24,000 bases of DNA from Bacillus andreraoultii. Its GTDB lineage: Bacteria; Bacillota; Bacilli; Bacillales; Caldibacillaceae. Below, in pieces: positions 16,638-24,000 of this stretch. Where the stretch lies: assembly GCF_001244735.1 (NCBI RefSeq), contig NZ_LN868935.1, forward strand, positions 204,092 to 228,091. Reading direction: 5' to 3'. Within the stretch, counting starts at the first letter, position 1. Each line of letters starts with the position of its first letter. Below the pieces are notes generated by a model. That model worked only from the letters and a program-made list of their open reading frames with translations. It was not told the origin of the DNA and ran no database searches. Made by a program: the position numbers and the translations under genes.

Positions 16638-17435
16638 TTAATAGTCATTTAAAATTTCATCAAGCGGATCTCCCCCACCGCCAGTATTTCCACCTCCGCC
16701 ATGGTTATTAAATTCCGGAGACAATTGTAAATAAACTAGAGCTAAAACGAGACCAATAATTCCCATGGCGATTAAGTTCAAGTCTGAAACGGCGGCCAAT
16801 GCAAATCCAACAAAAAAGAAGGGCCAAACTTTTGGTGTTGCCATCATATTAATAACCATCGCATAACCGACAGCAACAATAAATCCACCGGCTACCGCTA
16901 GTCCACCTGTAAGCCAGTCAGGAATTGCGTTCAATGCATTTGTCACCGCACTTGCAGGTACAGCAACAATGATGGCTGCGGGAATGGCAATTCGTAGACC
17001 TTGCAACATTAATGCCCCTAAATGGTACATCTCGACACCTCGAAATGATCCTTCCGCCGCTTTCCTATCTGCACCGTGCGCGAGTCCAACTGTAACGGAA
17101 CGAACAAAAATCGTTAATACTTGTCCAGCAACGGCTAGAGGAATGGATAAGGCAATTCCTTCTTCAACGCCTGCTCCCTTCATCGTAACCAATATGGCTG
17201 ATGCTATTGAGGCTAATGCCGCATCCGGTGCCACAGCAGCACCAATATTCATCCAACCTAATGCGATTAACTGTAATGTACCGCCAAGAACAATCCCTTC
17301 TATAAGTTGTCCTGTCACTAAACCTATTAACGTACAAGCTACAATCGGCTGATGAAATTGAAATTCATCGAGAATTCCCTCCATTCCAGCCAAAAATGCG
17401 ACGAGTATCACTAATACAACTACAATTACTGTCAT
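16638..17435 (-). CDS. manY: PTS mannose-family EIIC component
   Basis: 265-aa polytopic membrane protein with SD AGGAGGAG upstream. It has typical EIIC-Man composition and position between IIAB and IID, and a Gly-rich C-terminal tail (HGGGGNTGGGGDP). Confidence 0.9.
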   Translation of the reverse strand: MTVIVVVLVILVAFLAGMEGILDEFQFHQPIVACTLIGLVTGQLIEGIVLGGTLQLIALGWMNIGAAVAPDAALASIASAILVTMKGAGVEEGIALSIPLAVAGQVLTIFVRSVTVGLAHGADRKAAEGSFRGVEMYHLGALMLQGLRIAIPAAIIVAVPASAVTNALNAIPDWLTGGLAVAGGFIVAVGYAMVINMMATPKVWPFFFVGFALAAVSDLNLIAMGIIGLVLALVYLQLSPEFNNHGGGGNTGGGGDPLDEILNDY

Positions 17436-17508
17436 GTTTGCTCCTCCTGTCTATCAAATGTGCCTAAACATGTCTGCACACTTCTCGGAATAAAGTTCAA
17501 ACTGAGAT

Positions 17509-18489
17509 TTATGATTTGACCATTTTTGCTTTTTTTAATAATTCCCATAAATTTTGTTGTGAATCTGCAGGAACTTTTCGCACATCAAACTTGACCCCTT
17601 GATCACGTAAATATGTAAAAGCCTCAACATCTTTTTCATCCACAGATAATACATTGTTAATCATCACTTTACCTTCAGAATGAGCCATCGAACCAACATT
17701 AACTTCTGGCAGTTCGACTCCACCTTTCACTACTTCTGCTACATCTTCTGGGTTTTCAAACAATAATAATGCAACAGTTTTTCCAAAGCGAGGATCGTTC
17801 CAAACCTCTATCATTTTCCGAATTGGAATAACATTCGCTTTTACGCCTGGTGGTGCAGCTTGGGTAATTAATGTTTTCCGTAAGTCATCTTTAGCCACAT
17901 TGTCGGAAACAACGATGATTCGATTTGGATTGACCGCCTTTGTCCATGCTGTTGCAACTTGTCCATGGAGCAATCGTGAATCAATACGTGCTAAGGCAAT
18001 TTTTATTTTTCCGTCACCAACAACCGTCCCTTCTGGTAGTGCTTTTTTTGGTTCGGCCGATGTTGTTTTAGCTGTTGTTTTTTCTGGTTCTAATGTTTCA
18101 GGCCTTACTCGAATACCTTCTTTCGCTGTTGCAATAATATTTTTTGCAATCTCCTGGGCTGAATTCATCGAAAAACGTAGTGATAAAGCTTCAATTAACA
18201 TTGGTAAATTTAATCCGCTCACAATTGCCCATTTGTCTTTATGGTCTTCAAATATACTGTTAGCTTGATTAAACGGTGTTCCGCCCCATAAATCCACTAA
18301 GAACAAGACTTCATCCTGGTTTTCAAATACAGAGACTGCTTGGATTAACTTTGCTTTTAAATCGTCTGGTCCTTCGCTTGGTGATAATGTGACAGCTAGA
18401 ACATCTTCTTGTTCACCAAAAATCATCGTCCCGGACTGTAAAATCCCTTTAGCAAATTCCCCATGACTCGCTAGGACAATTCCTACCAT
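17509..18489 (-). CDS. manX: PTS mannose-family fused EIIA-EIIB component
   Basis: ORF track gives 17509..18546. ATG 18489 has GAGGAGG 7 nt upstream. The EIIA phospho-His context is GIVLASHGEFA. An Ala/Pro/Thr/Lys linker follows. The EIIB phospho-His context is ARIDSRLLHGQVAT. Confidence 0.9.
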   Translation of the reverse strand: MVGIVLASHGEFAKGILQSGTMIFGEQEDVLAVTLSPSEGPDDLKAKLIQAVSVFENQDEVLFLVDLWGGTPFNQANSIFEDHKDKWAIVSGLNLPMLIEALSLRFSMNSAQEIAKNIIATAKEGIRVRPETLEPEKTTAKTTSAEPKKALPEGTVVGDGKIKIALARIDSRLLHGQVATAWTKAVNPNRIIVVSDNVAKDDLRKTLITQAAPPGVKANVIPIRKMIEVWNDPRFGKTVALLLFENPEDVAEVVKGGVELPEVNVGSMAHSEGKVMINNVLSVDEKDVEAFTYLRDQGVKFDVRKVPADSQQNLWELLKKAKMVKS

Positions 18490-18590
18490 ATTTGTACCTC
18501 CTCTAAAAATAAGCACCAATTTCATTTTAATTTCTGTATTAAACATGGGAAATATACCTTTTTTCAGACATAATCTCTATATTTGACTGA

Positions 18591-18609
18591 ATTGTAATGA
18601 ACTTACAAT
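18591..18609. promoter_or_regulatory. Inverted repeat ATTGTAA-N5-TTACAAT, candidate operator ~100 nt upstream of manX
   Basis: Perfect 7-bp arms (18591-18597 / 18603-18609). On the minus strand it overlaps a weak sigma-A-like ATTACA-N17-GATTAT. No known binding motif is assigned. Confidence 0.3.
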
Positions 18610-18672
18610 AGAATAATCCAATTGCCCATGAGTTTGTTCTTCCAGAAACCCTTCTTGATGACTACTTCAGTC

Positions 18673-18850
18673 ATTTTTACCATCATGTGGGCGTCCCTTC
18701 TAGATGACCGTTTCTTCCTTTTTCACCGCAGAATGGGCGTCTAAAACCTTTCTAGATGACCGTTTCCGTCTTTTTCACCGCAAATCGGGCGTCTACACTA
18801 GTAAAATGTCCTTTTTTCCATGGTATCCCCAAAACTCGGGGACGCTCGAG
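18673..18850. repeat. Tandem array of 46-52-bp units (TTTTTCACCGCA-N-GGGCGTC-N-TTCTAGATGACCGTTTC)
   Basis: GGGCGTC occurs at 18689, 18735 and 18787 (spacing 46, 52). TTCTAGATGACCGTTTC occurs at 18698 and 18750. TTTTTCACCGCA occurs at 18719 and 18771. Degenerate flanking units are ATTTTTACCATCA at 18673 and TTTTTTCCATGG...CGGGGACGCTC at 18812-18847. More diverged pieces lie at 18876-18890 and 18981-19008. Confidence 0.85.
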
Positions 18851-19186
18851 CCCCAAGTCAACCAAAGAGACTACAGTTCACCGAAAAGTAAGAAAGTTTT
18901 TCGGCTTTGATATAATCCTGCTATAGCCTTCCTTGTGCGCTTATGTGTATAAGAAAGTGGCAGTCCAGAAAGTCATACTTTTGATTTCTGGATGACCTTT
19001 TCGTGTTTCAAAACCTTGATATATCAATATTCCTGATTATCATATTTTGGGTCCACTTTTCGTATACCCCATTTCCTATTAGCTAAAAAAAAGTGAAAAA
19101 TAGTAGCACAAAAAAACGCAACGGTATTTCCGCATTAATAACCCACGTCCTATTTAGTTTAGTTGGATAATCGAATTACTGACAGC

Positions 19187-19232
19187 ACAAAAAAATCCTA
19201 CCTCCTATAAAACTTAGAAAGTAGGATTTTTT
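19187..19232. terminator. Bidirectional-looking terminator after the AGCS symporter gene
   Basis: Stem ATCCTAC (19194-19200) / GTAGGAT (19220-19226), flanked by A7 upstream and T6 downstream. It lies 8 nt beyond the TAG stop (19240-19242) on the minus strand. Confidence 0.7.
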
Positions 19233-19239
19233 CCTTTTG

Positions 19240-20613
19240 CTATAACTGAGCACCCTTTGAACTTGCTTCGGCTGCTTTTTCTTCTTTCACTTTATTTTGT
19301 AATCGTTTCGTTTCCATGACAATAATTCCAGATAATCCAATAAGACCGATTAAGTTTGGAATCGCCATTAATCCATTTAGAATATCTGCTAAGGACCAGA
19401 CGACATTAAGGGAAGCGGTAGCACCTATGAAAATAAAGAGAACAAATATCGTTCGGTAGATCCATATTGCTGTTGGGCTCTTAAATAAGTATTGGAAACA
19501 TTTTTCTCCATAATAAGCCCAACCGAGAATCGTTGAAGTTGCGAAAAACAGCAAACCAAATGTAACGATATAAGGGCCAGCACCACCAATTAATGATTCA
19601 AACGCGGAAGATGTTAGAACCCCTGCCGCAATACTTTTATCTTGCCATAGACCAGACATAACAATGGTAATTCCAGTAATAAAACAAATGATTAATGTAT
19701 CAAAAAGAACTTGAATCATCGAAACTAATGCCTGTCTAGCGGGCAAATCTGTTTTGGCTGCAGCGGCTGCGATTGGGGCAGAACCCATTCCTGCTTCATT
19801 GGAAAATAATCCTCGAGCAACTCCATATCGAATGACCGCACCAACTGTTCCACCTAAGGCTGCTTCACCAGAAAATGCATGTGAAAATATTGTAACAATC
19901 GCATCAGGAACTAAATGAAAGTTCACAATCATCACATATAAACCTGCAAAAATATAAAAGATTGCCATAAACGGTACGAAGAAAGAAGTGACACGACCAA
20001 TCCATTTAATCCCACCAAGGATAACTGCACCAGCAAAGATTACTAGAGCGATTCCAGTTACCCATGTCGGGATTGTAAATGTACTTTTCATTAAGTCTGC
20101 TACGGCTTTTGCCTGCGTACCATTACCAATTCCGAATGCAGCAAGAGCACCGAAAACAGCAAATAACACACCTAACCATTTTTGTTTTAACCCGTGTTCT
20201 AAATAATACATTGGCCCCCCAGCCATATTTCCTTGGGAATCTTTAACACGGTACTTTACAGCTAAAACCGCTTCCCCATATTTTGTAGCCATTCCGAATA
20301 ACCCTGCAAGCCACATCCATAAAACCGCACCAGGTCCCCCAAGTACAATTGCCGTTGCTACCCCAACAATATTACCTGTACCAATCGTTGCAGCTGATGC
20401 AGTTGTAAGAGCTTGGAAATGAGAAATATCCCCATCAGAAGTTTTGTCTTGGTTTCTTGAAAAGGCGAGTTTTAACGCATAAGGGAGTGAGCGAATTTGT
20501 AAAAAACCTAAACGAAAAGTTAAATAAATACCAGTTCCAACTAACAAAACAATTAAAGGCACTCCCCAAACAAAATTACTAATACTCCCTAAAAACTTTT
20601 CTATTTTCTCCAT
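19240..20613 (-). CDS. Alanine/glycine:cation (Na+) symporter, AGCS family
   Basis: ORF track gives 19240..20667. ATG 20613 has GGAGGGG 7 nt upstream. The N-terminus MEKIEKFLGSISNFVWGVPLIVLLVGTGIYLT, the motifs GDISHFQAL.TA.AATIGTGNI.GVA and SNEAG.GSAPIA are AGCS hallmarks. The product is 457 aa. Confidence 0.9.
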   Translation of the reverse strand: MEKIEKFLGSISNFVWGVPLIVLLVGTGIYLTFRLGFLQIRSLPYALKLAFSRNQDKTSDGDISHFQALTTASAATIGTGNIVGVATAIVLGGPGAVLWMWLAGLFGMATKYGEAVLAVKYRVKDSQGNMAGGPMYYLEHGLKQKWLGVLFAVFGALAAFGIGNGTQAKAVADLMKSTFTIPTWVTGIALVIFAGAVILGGIKWIGRVTSFFVPFMAIFYIFAGLYVMIVNFHLVPDAIVTIFSHAFSGEAALGGTVGAVIRYGVARGLFSNEAGMGSAPIAAAAAKTDLPARQALVSMIQVLFDTLIICFITGITIVMSGLWQDKSIAAGVLTSSAFESLIGGAGPYIVTFGLLFFATSTILGWAYYGEKCFQYLFKSPTAIWIYRTIFVLFIFIGATASLNVVWSLADILNGLMAIPNLIGLIGLSGIIVMETKRLQNKVKEEKAAEASSKGAQL

Positions 20614-20842
20614 AGTAATCCCCTCCAATCGTTCTATAAATATCCATTCATGTTTTAAACGAAGCAATCATTCCCCCTTTCATGAATTGTTACTAACCCA
20701 AACCGAGAGTAGAATATTTTTATTATTCTTATAACTATAATAAATACGAAAACACATCTACTGTCAAGATATTTTTTATTTAAGAGACATTCTTCTTCTA
20801 TTCTAACCTTGATAATGTTATACTTATTACTAATAATTTGTT

Positions 20843-21082
20843 TTGAAAAAGGTTATAGGGGTTTATTGTTTGATTTCATGTGAAGGGTTTGTGATTGGTT
20901 TTATATGTGCTCTTATTTTCGCTATTATCGCTTTAATAGTGACTGTTTGGGCAGGTAATATTGAGGACCAAATTTATAGTAAAAATACAAAAGCAAACCA
21001 GACTAGAATCCTATTAATTTCTGTAGGTGTCCTATTTATTGGATCTATTGCACTATGGGGTTACATATCTATCCGTACTTAA
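20843..21082 (+). CDS. Small two-TM membrane protein, hypothetical
   Basis: Two clear hydrophobic segments. The start is ambiguous: TTG 20843, TTG 20870 with AGGGG 8 nt upstream, or GTG 20891. A terminator hairpin lies downstream. Confidence 0.5.
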   Translation: MKKVIGVYCLISCEGFVIGFICALIFAIIALIVTVWAGNIEDQIYSKNTKANQTRILLISVGVLFIGSIALWGYISIRT

Positions 21083-21120
21083 AAATTTTTATTGTGGTGG
21101 AAAGGCTTTATAATGAATAT

Positions 21121-21177
21121 AAAAACCGAACGACCGAATAAAATTCTCACTTAGAGTCTCGGAATTGTTCGGTTTTT
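21121..21177. terminator. Bidirectional terminator between convergent genes
   Basis: 11-bp outer stem AAAAACCGAAC (21121-21131) / GTTCGGTTTTT (21167-21177). The 35-nt interior has inner CCGA/TCGG pairing. The A5/T5 arms provide a U-run in both directions. Confidence 0.6.
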
Positions 21178-21309
21178 ATCATTTCTACTGCTAAAATGAA
21201 CTAGCAATGTCTGTTTTAACATTACTATTTTATTTCTTTCTCGGCCATTTTTACATTTTCCTAATTCAAAATTCACTTACTAAGATTCCCATTTTTCTTC
21301 ACTCTTTTT

Positions 21310-23589
21310 TTAATCGAGCCCATCCGCGACTTCTTCCTTCATCCATTTCGCTGTCAATGTGTCGGCATGTAACAGTTTTTCTGGTGTGCCTTCGAATATA
21401 ATTTGTCCTCCTTGTTTTCCGCCACCCGGACCGAGTTCGATTACCCAGTCACTGGCGGCGATAAAGTCTAGATTATGCTCGATAATAATCACTGAATTCC
21501 CCCTGTTTACAAGATTTTGAAAAACGTTTAAAAGGACACTATAATCTTCTGTGTGAAGTCCTAATGATGGTTCATCTAACAGGTAGATTTGCCCTTCTTT
21601 TTGTAAGTGGCTAGCTAGTTTCAAACGTTGAATTTCTCCACCACTCATGGAACTTGTCGTTTGCCCTAATGTTAAATACCCTAATCCAACGTCGTTTAAT
21701 GTTTGAACTCTTTTTATAATTTTAGGCATATAGAAATAGTCCATCGCCTCGTCAATCGTTAAGTCTAATATTTCCACAATATTTTTCCCTTGATATCGAT
21801 AGTGACGCGCTTCCTCTGAATATCTCGTACCACCACAAGCTTCACAAGGAACAGTCACTGGATCAGCAAATGCTACATCCGGTGTGATCACGCCTTTTCC
21901 ATTACAGATTTGACATGCTCCTTTCGAGTTGAAACTAAATAACCCAGCAGGACGCCCTGTTTCTTTGGCAAATATTGAACGAATATCATCCATTATCCCC
22001 ATGTAGGTTGCGAGTGTCGAACGGTTAGATATTCCGATACTACTTTGTCCGACCATTATCGTCTCCGGATACTTTTTTATGAATGCCTCAAACATAAGGG
22101 AGCTTTTACCTGAACCAGAAACGCCACATATAGAAACGAATACATGCTTTGGAATAGTTACTGTTACATTTTTTAAATTATTGTCACTTACTTCTTTTAA
22201 CGAAAAGTAACTTTTTATTTCCCGCGGATTTTGATTTATTTTTAACTTGTGACCTAAAGCAATTGCAGTTGGCGTGTTTTTTAATGCTGCTAAGTTTCCT
22301 TGATAAACGACTTCTCCACCATTTACACCCGCTCCTGGACCCATTTCAATGATTTCGTCTGCAATTTTTATTACTGATTGGTTGTGTTCAATGATAATGA
22401 CGGTATTATGTTGTGCTTTTATACTTTTAAGCATCGTGATTAGTAAACTCACTTCTTCTGGGTGGAGTCCTGCACTTGGTTCATCAAATATGTACGTCAT
22501 ATTGTTTAAACTGCTCCCTAATTGACGGGCAATTTTTACCCTTTGAGCTTCACCGCCAGATAGGGTACTCATTTTTCTTGAAAGACTTAAATATCCTACT
22601 CCTATATTAATTAACTGTTTTAATTGTGGGATTGCTTGTTTTGCAATAGATTCCCCTAAGGGATTGGTAATTTTTGTTAGTTCTTCCAGTAATTCTGTTA
22701 GCTCGAGTCGATCGTACTCTGCGATATTTAAGCCATTTATCCTACACTCTAGTACTGTCGGATTTAAGCCGGAACCTTGACATGTGGGACAGAAACGTCG
22801 CGTTGATACTGCTAAAACATCTTCTTCGGATACCTCTTTTAACTTTGAAACATCTCGATTAATATAGAGACGGGTGAACCTCGGTAATAGCCCATCCCAT
22901 TCATGAGGTTGAGGACCGTTTTTAGTGTGAAATGGGGCATAAATCTTTTCACCTTTTGGAGGACCATAAAGTAACAGCTGTAATTTATCTTCTGGGTAGT
23001 CTTTTATAGGCAGATCTGGATCAAATAATCCACCCGTAATCATCCATCTCCCTTGCCACCCCGATGGAGAAAGTGGTTTAAATTTCACGGCATATTCTCG
23101 AAGTGTCTTATCAAAATCAATCAACTGATTAACATCTGGTGCAATGATCTCCCCAAAGCCACCACATTCTGGACATCTACCAAAAGAGCTTTGACTTGAA
23201 AAATCAGTAGCAGAACCGATTGAGGGAGTCCCTATTCTTGAAAACAAAAGTCTTATTAAAGGATGGATATCCATATAAGTCCCAACGGTTGAACGAGAAC
23301 GATCGCTTATCTGTTTTTGTTCTACGACGATAACAGGGCTTAAGTTTTGCATGAGATCAGCGTGTGGCCTTTCATACCTTGGCATTTGATTTCTAACATA
23401 AAGAGGATAGTTCAAAGTCATTTGTCTTCTGCTTTCTGTTGCTAACGTATCAAAAACAACCGAACTCTTTCCTGAACCCGAAAGACCGGTAAATACGATA
23501 ATTTTTTCTTTCGGTAAATTGAGATTTATATGTTTTAAATTGTTTTCTCTCAAACCTCTTAATATTATTTCATCTTTTACTTCAGACAC
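21310..23589 (-). CDS. UvrA-family ABC ATPase paralogue lacking the UvrB-binding domain (class II UvrA, DrrC/Ecm16-like)
   Basis: ORF track gives 21310..23643. GTG 23589 has GAAGGAGGG 8 nt upstream, giving 759 aa. Two ABC modules are present: Walker A GLSGSGKSS and GVSGSGKSS, signatures LSGGEAQR and MSGGEIQR, and Walker B IFDEPS and LLDEPS. Zn-module cysteines are CPECGG, CPTCQG and CQICNG...CEACGG. Only ~10 residues separate RLLFSRIG from FSSQSSFGRCPEC. Canonical ~950-aa UvrA carries the ~115-aa UvrB-binding domain there. Confidence 0.9.
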   Translation of the reverse strand: MSEVKDEIILRGLRENNLKHINLNLPKEKIIVFTGLSGSGKSSVVFDTLATESRRQMTLNYPLYVRNQMPRYERPHADLMQNLSPVIVVEQKQISDRSRSTVGTYMDIHPLIRLLFSRIGTPSIGSATDFSSQSSFGRCPECGGFGEIIAPDVNQLIDFDKTLREYAVKFKPLSPSGWQGRWMITGGLFDPDLPIKDYPEDKLQLLLYGPPKGEKIYAPFHTKNGPQPHEWDGLLPRFTRLYINRDVSKLKEVSEEDVLAVSTRRFCPTCQGSGLNPTVLECRINGLNIAEYDRLELTELLEELTKITNPLGESIAKQAIPQLKQLINIGVGYLSLSRKMSTLSGGEAQRVKIARQLGSSLNNMTYIFDEPSAGLHPEEVSLLITMLKSIKAQHNTVIIIEHNQSVIKIADEIIEMGPGAGVNGGEVVYQGNLAALKNTPTAIALGHKLKINQNPREIKSYFSLKEVSDNNLKNVTVTIPKHVFVSICGVSGSGKSSLMFEAFIKKYPETIMVGQSSIGISNRSTLATYMGIMDDIRSIFAKETGRPAGLFSFNSKGACQICNGKGVITPDVAFADPVTVPCEACGGTRYSEEARHYRYQGKNIVEILDLTIDEAMDYFYMPKIIKRVQTLNDVGLGYLTLGQTTSSMSGGEIQRLKLASHLQKEGQIYLLDEPSLGLHTEDYSVLLNVFQNLVNRGNSVIIIEHNLDFIAASDWVIELGPGGGKQGGQIIFEGTPEKLLHADTLTAKWMKEEVADGLD

Positions 23590-23695
23590 TTTCCCACCCT
23601 CCTTCAAATCCGTTCGATTATTATTGATTTCATTGCCTATCATTTCTCACATTCAACTCATAATTAAGCAATTTGATTCTGTTATTAATATAAAT

Positions 23696-23734
23696 GGCGG
23701 AATGAGTTAGTTTCTACACCAAATTCATGCCGCC
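23696..23734 (-). terminator. Candidate terminator of the upstream Dus-like gene
   Basis: GGCGGAATGA (23696-23705) / TCATGCCGCC (23725-23734) pairs 9 of 10 bp with a 19-nt loop. On the minus strand only a weak T-rich tail follows (ATTTATATT). Confidence 0.4.
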
Positions 23735-23820
23735 AATGGACTATTTTAGCTAGATTTTTATTTATTAGGGAGTTCCATATTATTAAATCTAGTTATAATT
23801 TTTTTGAGAAAAATTAGATT

Positions 23821-24000
23821 TTAATTATTTGGGAAATCCTCACCATTATTTACTTCAAAGTGGTCAAGCAATGCACGCACTTCATCCGTAGACTTTGTGC
23901 TCATTAATTGATTTCGCAATTCACTCGCTCCTTTAAAGCTTTTCACATATATCTTAAAAAAGCGTTGAAGCGGTGTGAAACGACGAGGCTCTAGTTCTGT
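23821..24000 (-). CDS. 3' end of a gene running off the window; C-terminus resembles tRNA-dihydrouridine synthase (Dus) family
   Basis: Hand-translated 59 codons are open to TAA (23821-23823): [59 protein letters not shown]. The pattern K-G-x-x-x-L-R-x-x-L...EV..LL..F is like Dus C-terminal helices. It is not in the ORF track because it has no start in the window. Confidence 0.45.
   Translation of the reverse strand, partial: TELEPRRFTPLQRFFKIYVKSFKGASELRNQLMSTKSTDEVRALLDHFEVNNGEDFPNN

Noticed and set aside
15680-18489. Horizontal acquisition of the PTS operon, suggested by a locally higher GC appearance
   Set aside because: The enrichment is explained by Ala/Gly-rich membrane proteins. There are no flanking direct repeats, tRNA, integrase or IS, and SD and terminator style match the rest of the window. 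GC and codon statistics were not computed.
18490-18700. Sigma-54 (-24/-12) promoter and cre site for the man operon
   Set aside because: No TGGCAC-N5-TTGC-like element with correct GG/GC spacing is present. The nearest lookalike, TGGTGCTTATTTTTAG, overlaps the RBS. The inverted repeat TGTAAGTTCATTACA is 15 nt and lacks the central CG of cre.
18704-18910. 68-aa plus-strand ORF in the PTS upstream gap
   Set aside because: It is internally repetitive because it reads through the 46-52-bp DNA repeats. It has no SD before the ATG and nothing resembling a protein domain.
20614-20760. Glycine riboswitch or other leader upstream of the AGCS symporter
   Set aside because: No GGAGAG...CACCGAAGGGGCAA-type glycine aptamer motifs are present. 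There is only a 7-bp ATTCATG/CATGAAT pairing with a 29-nt loop, and a TTGACA with a poorly spaced -10.
4407-23643. N-terminal extensions in the ORF track (4407..4625, 15680..16648, 17509..18546, 19240..20667, 21310..23643, plus 52, 6610, 12563 and 14094 starts)
   Set aside because: In each case an internal start has a much better SD at proper spacing and yields the N-terminus typical of the family. The upstream extensions have no SD or overlap the preceding gene.
42-23710. Shadow or antisense ORFs: 42..332, 2388..2603, 3174..3491, 5146..5379, 5856..6044, 6528..6782, 7221..7598, 7677..7877, 7988..8203, 8249..8473, 8488..8862, 8888..9124, 9121..9348, 9581..9784, 11364..11546, 15972..16178, 16194..16505, 16969..17352, 17900..18268, 19988..20206, 21207..21401, 22674..22862, 23519..23710
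   Set aside because: Each lies opposite to, or out of frame within, a confidently identified gene or spans an intergenic promoter region. Their compositions are odd (Cys/Phe/His-rich or Pro/Ala-rich mirror frames), and they lack SD sequences.
23750-23825. TAGATTT repeats and AAATCTA/TAGATTT inverted repeat after the Dus-like stop
   Set aside because: These are very AT-rich short matches expected by chance in this composition. The GC-rich hairpin at 23696-23734 is a better terminator candidate.

Overview
This is an AT-rich segment (mid-30s % GC by eye, not computed). It looks like ordinary core chromosome of a spore-forming Bacillaceae member, based on CwlJ, an SspO-like micro-SASP, MprF and a KatE-type catalase. 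I support about 20 protein genes. Most are single transcription units bounded by recognisable hairpin terminators. One three-gene operon encodes a mannose-family PTS (IIAB-IIC-IID). Other genes are a PAS-PAS-GGDEF cyclase, a GT2 glycosyltransferase, a B3/4-domain protein, BrnQ behind a T-box leader, an AGCS Na+/alanine symporter, a short UvrA paralogue and a partial Dus-like gene at the right edge. I see no tRNA/rRNA, CRISPR, IS/transposase, integrase, phage genes or defence-island signature. I cannot honestly point to a coherent multi-gene novel system. The least explained signals are noncoding. One is a helically phased 20-bp tandem array (core TTCCGAAG) just upstream of cwlJ. The other is a decaying 46-52-bp tandem array inside a ~690-bp gene-free gap upstream of the PTS operon. 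The two arrays share motifs with each other and with a third intergenic site, which suggests a dispersed intergenic repeat family of unknown function. Secondary points are an Ile-specifier T-box controlling brnQ, a UvrA paralogue lacking the UvrB-binding domain (DrrC/Ecm16-like), two micro-ORFs below the ORF-track cutoff, and a PTS operon with no recognisable sigma-54 promoter or adjacent regulator. Several ORF-track starts were moved to internal starts with strong Shine-Dalgarno (SD) sequences. All family names come from reading motifs, not from database searches.
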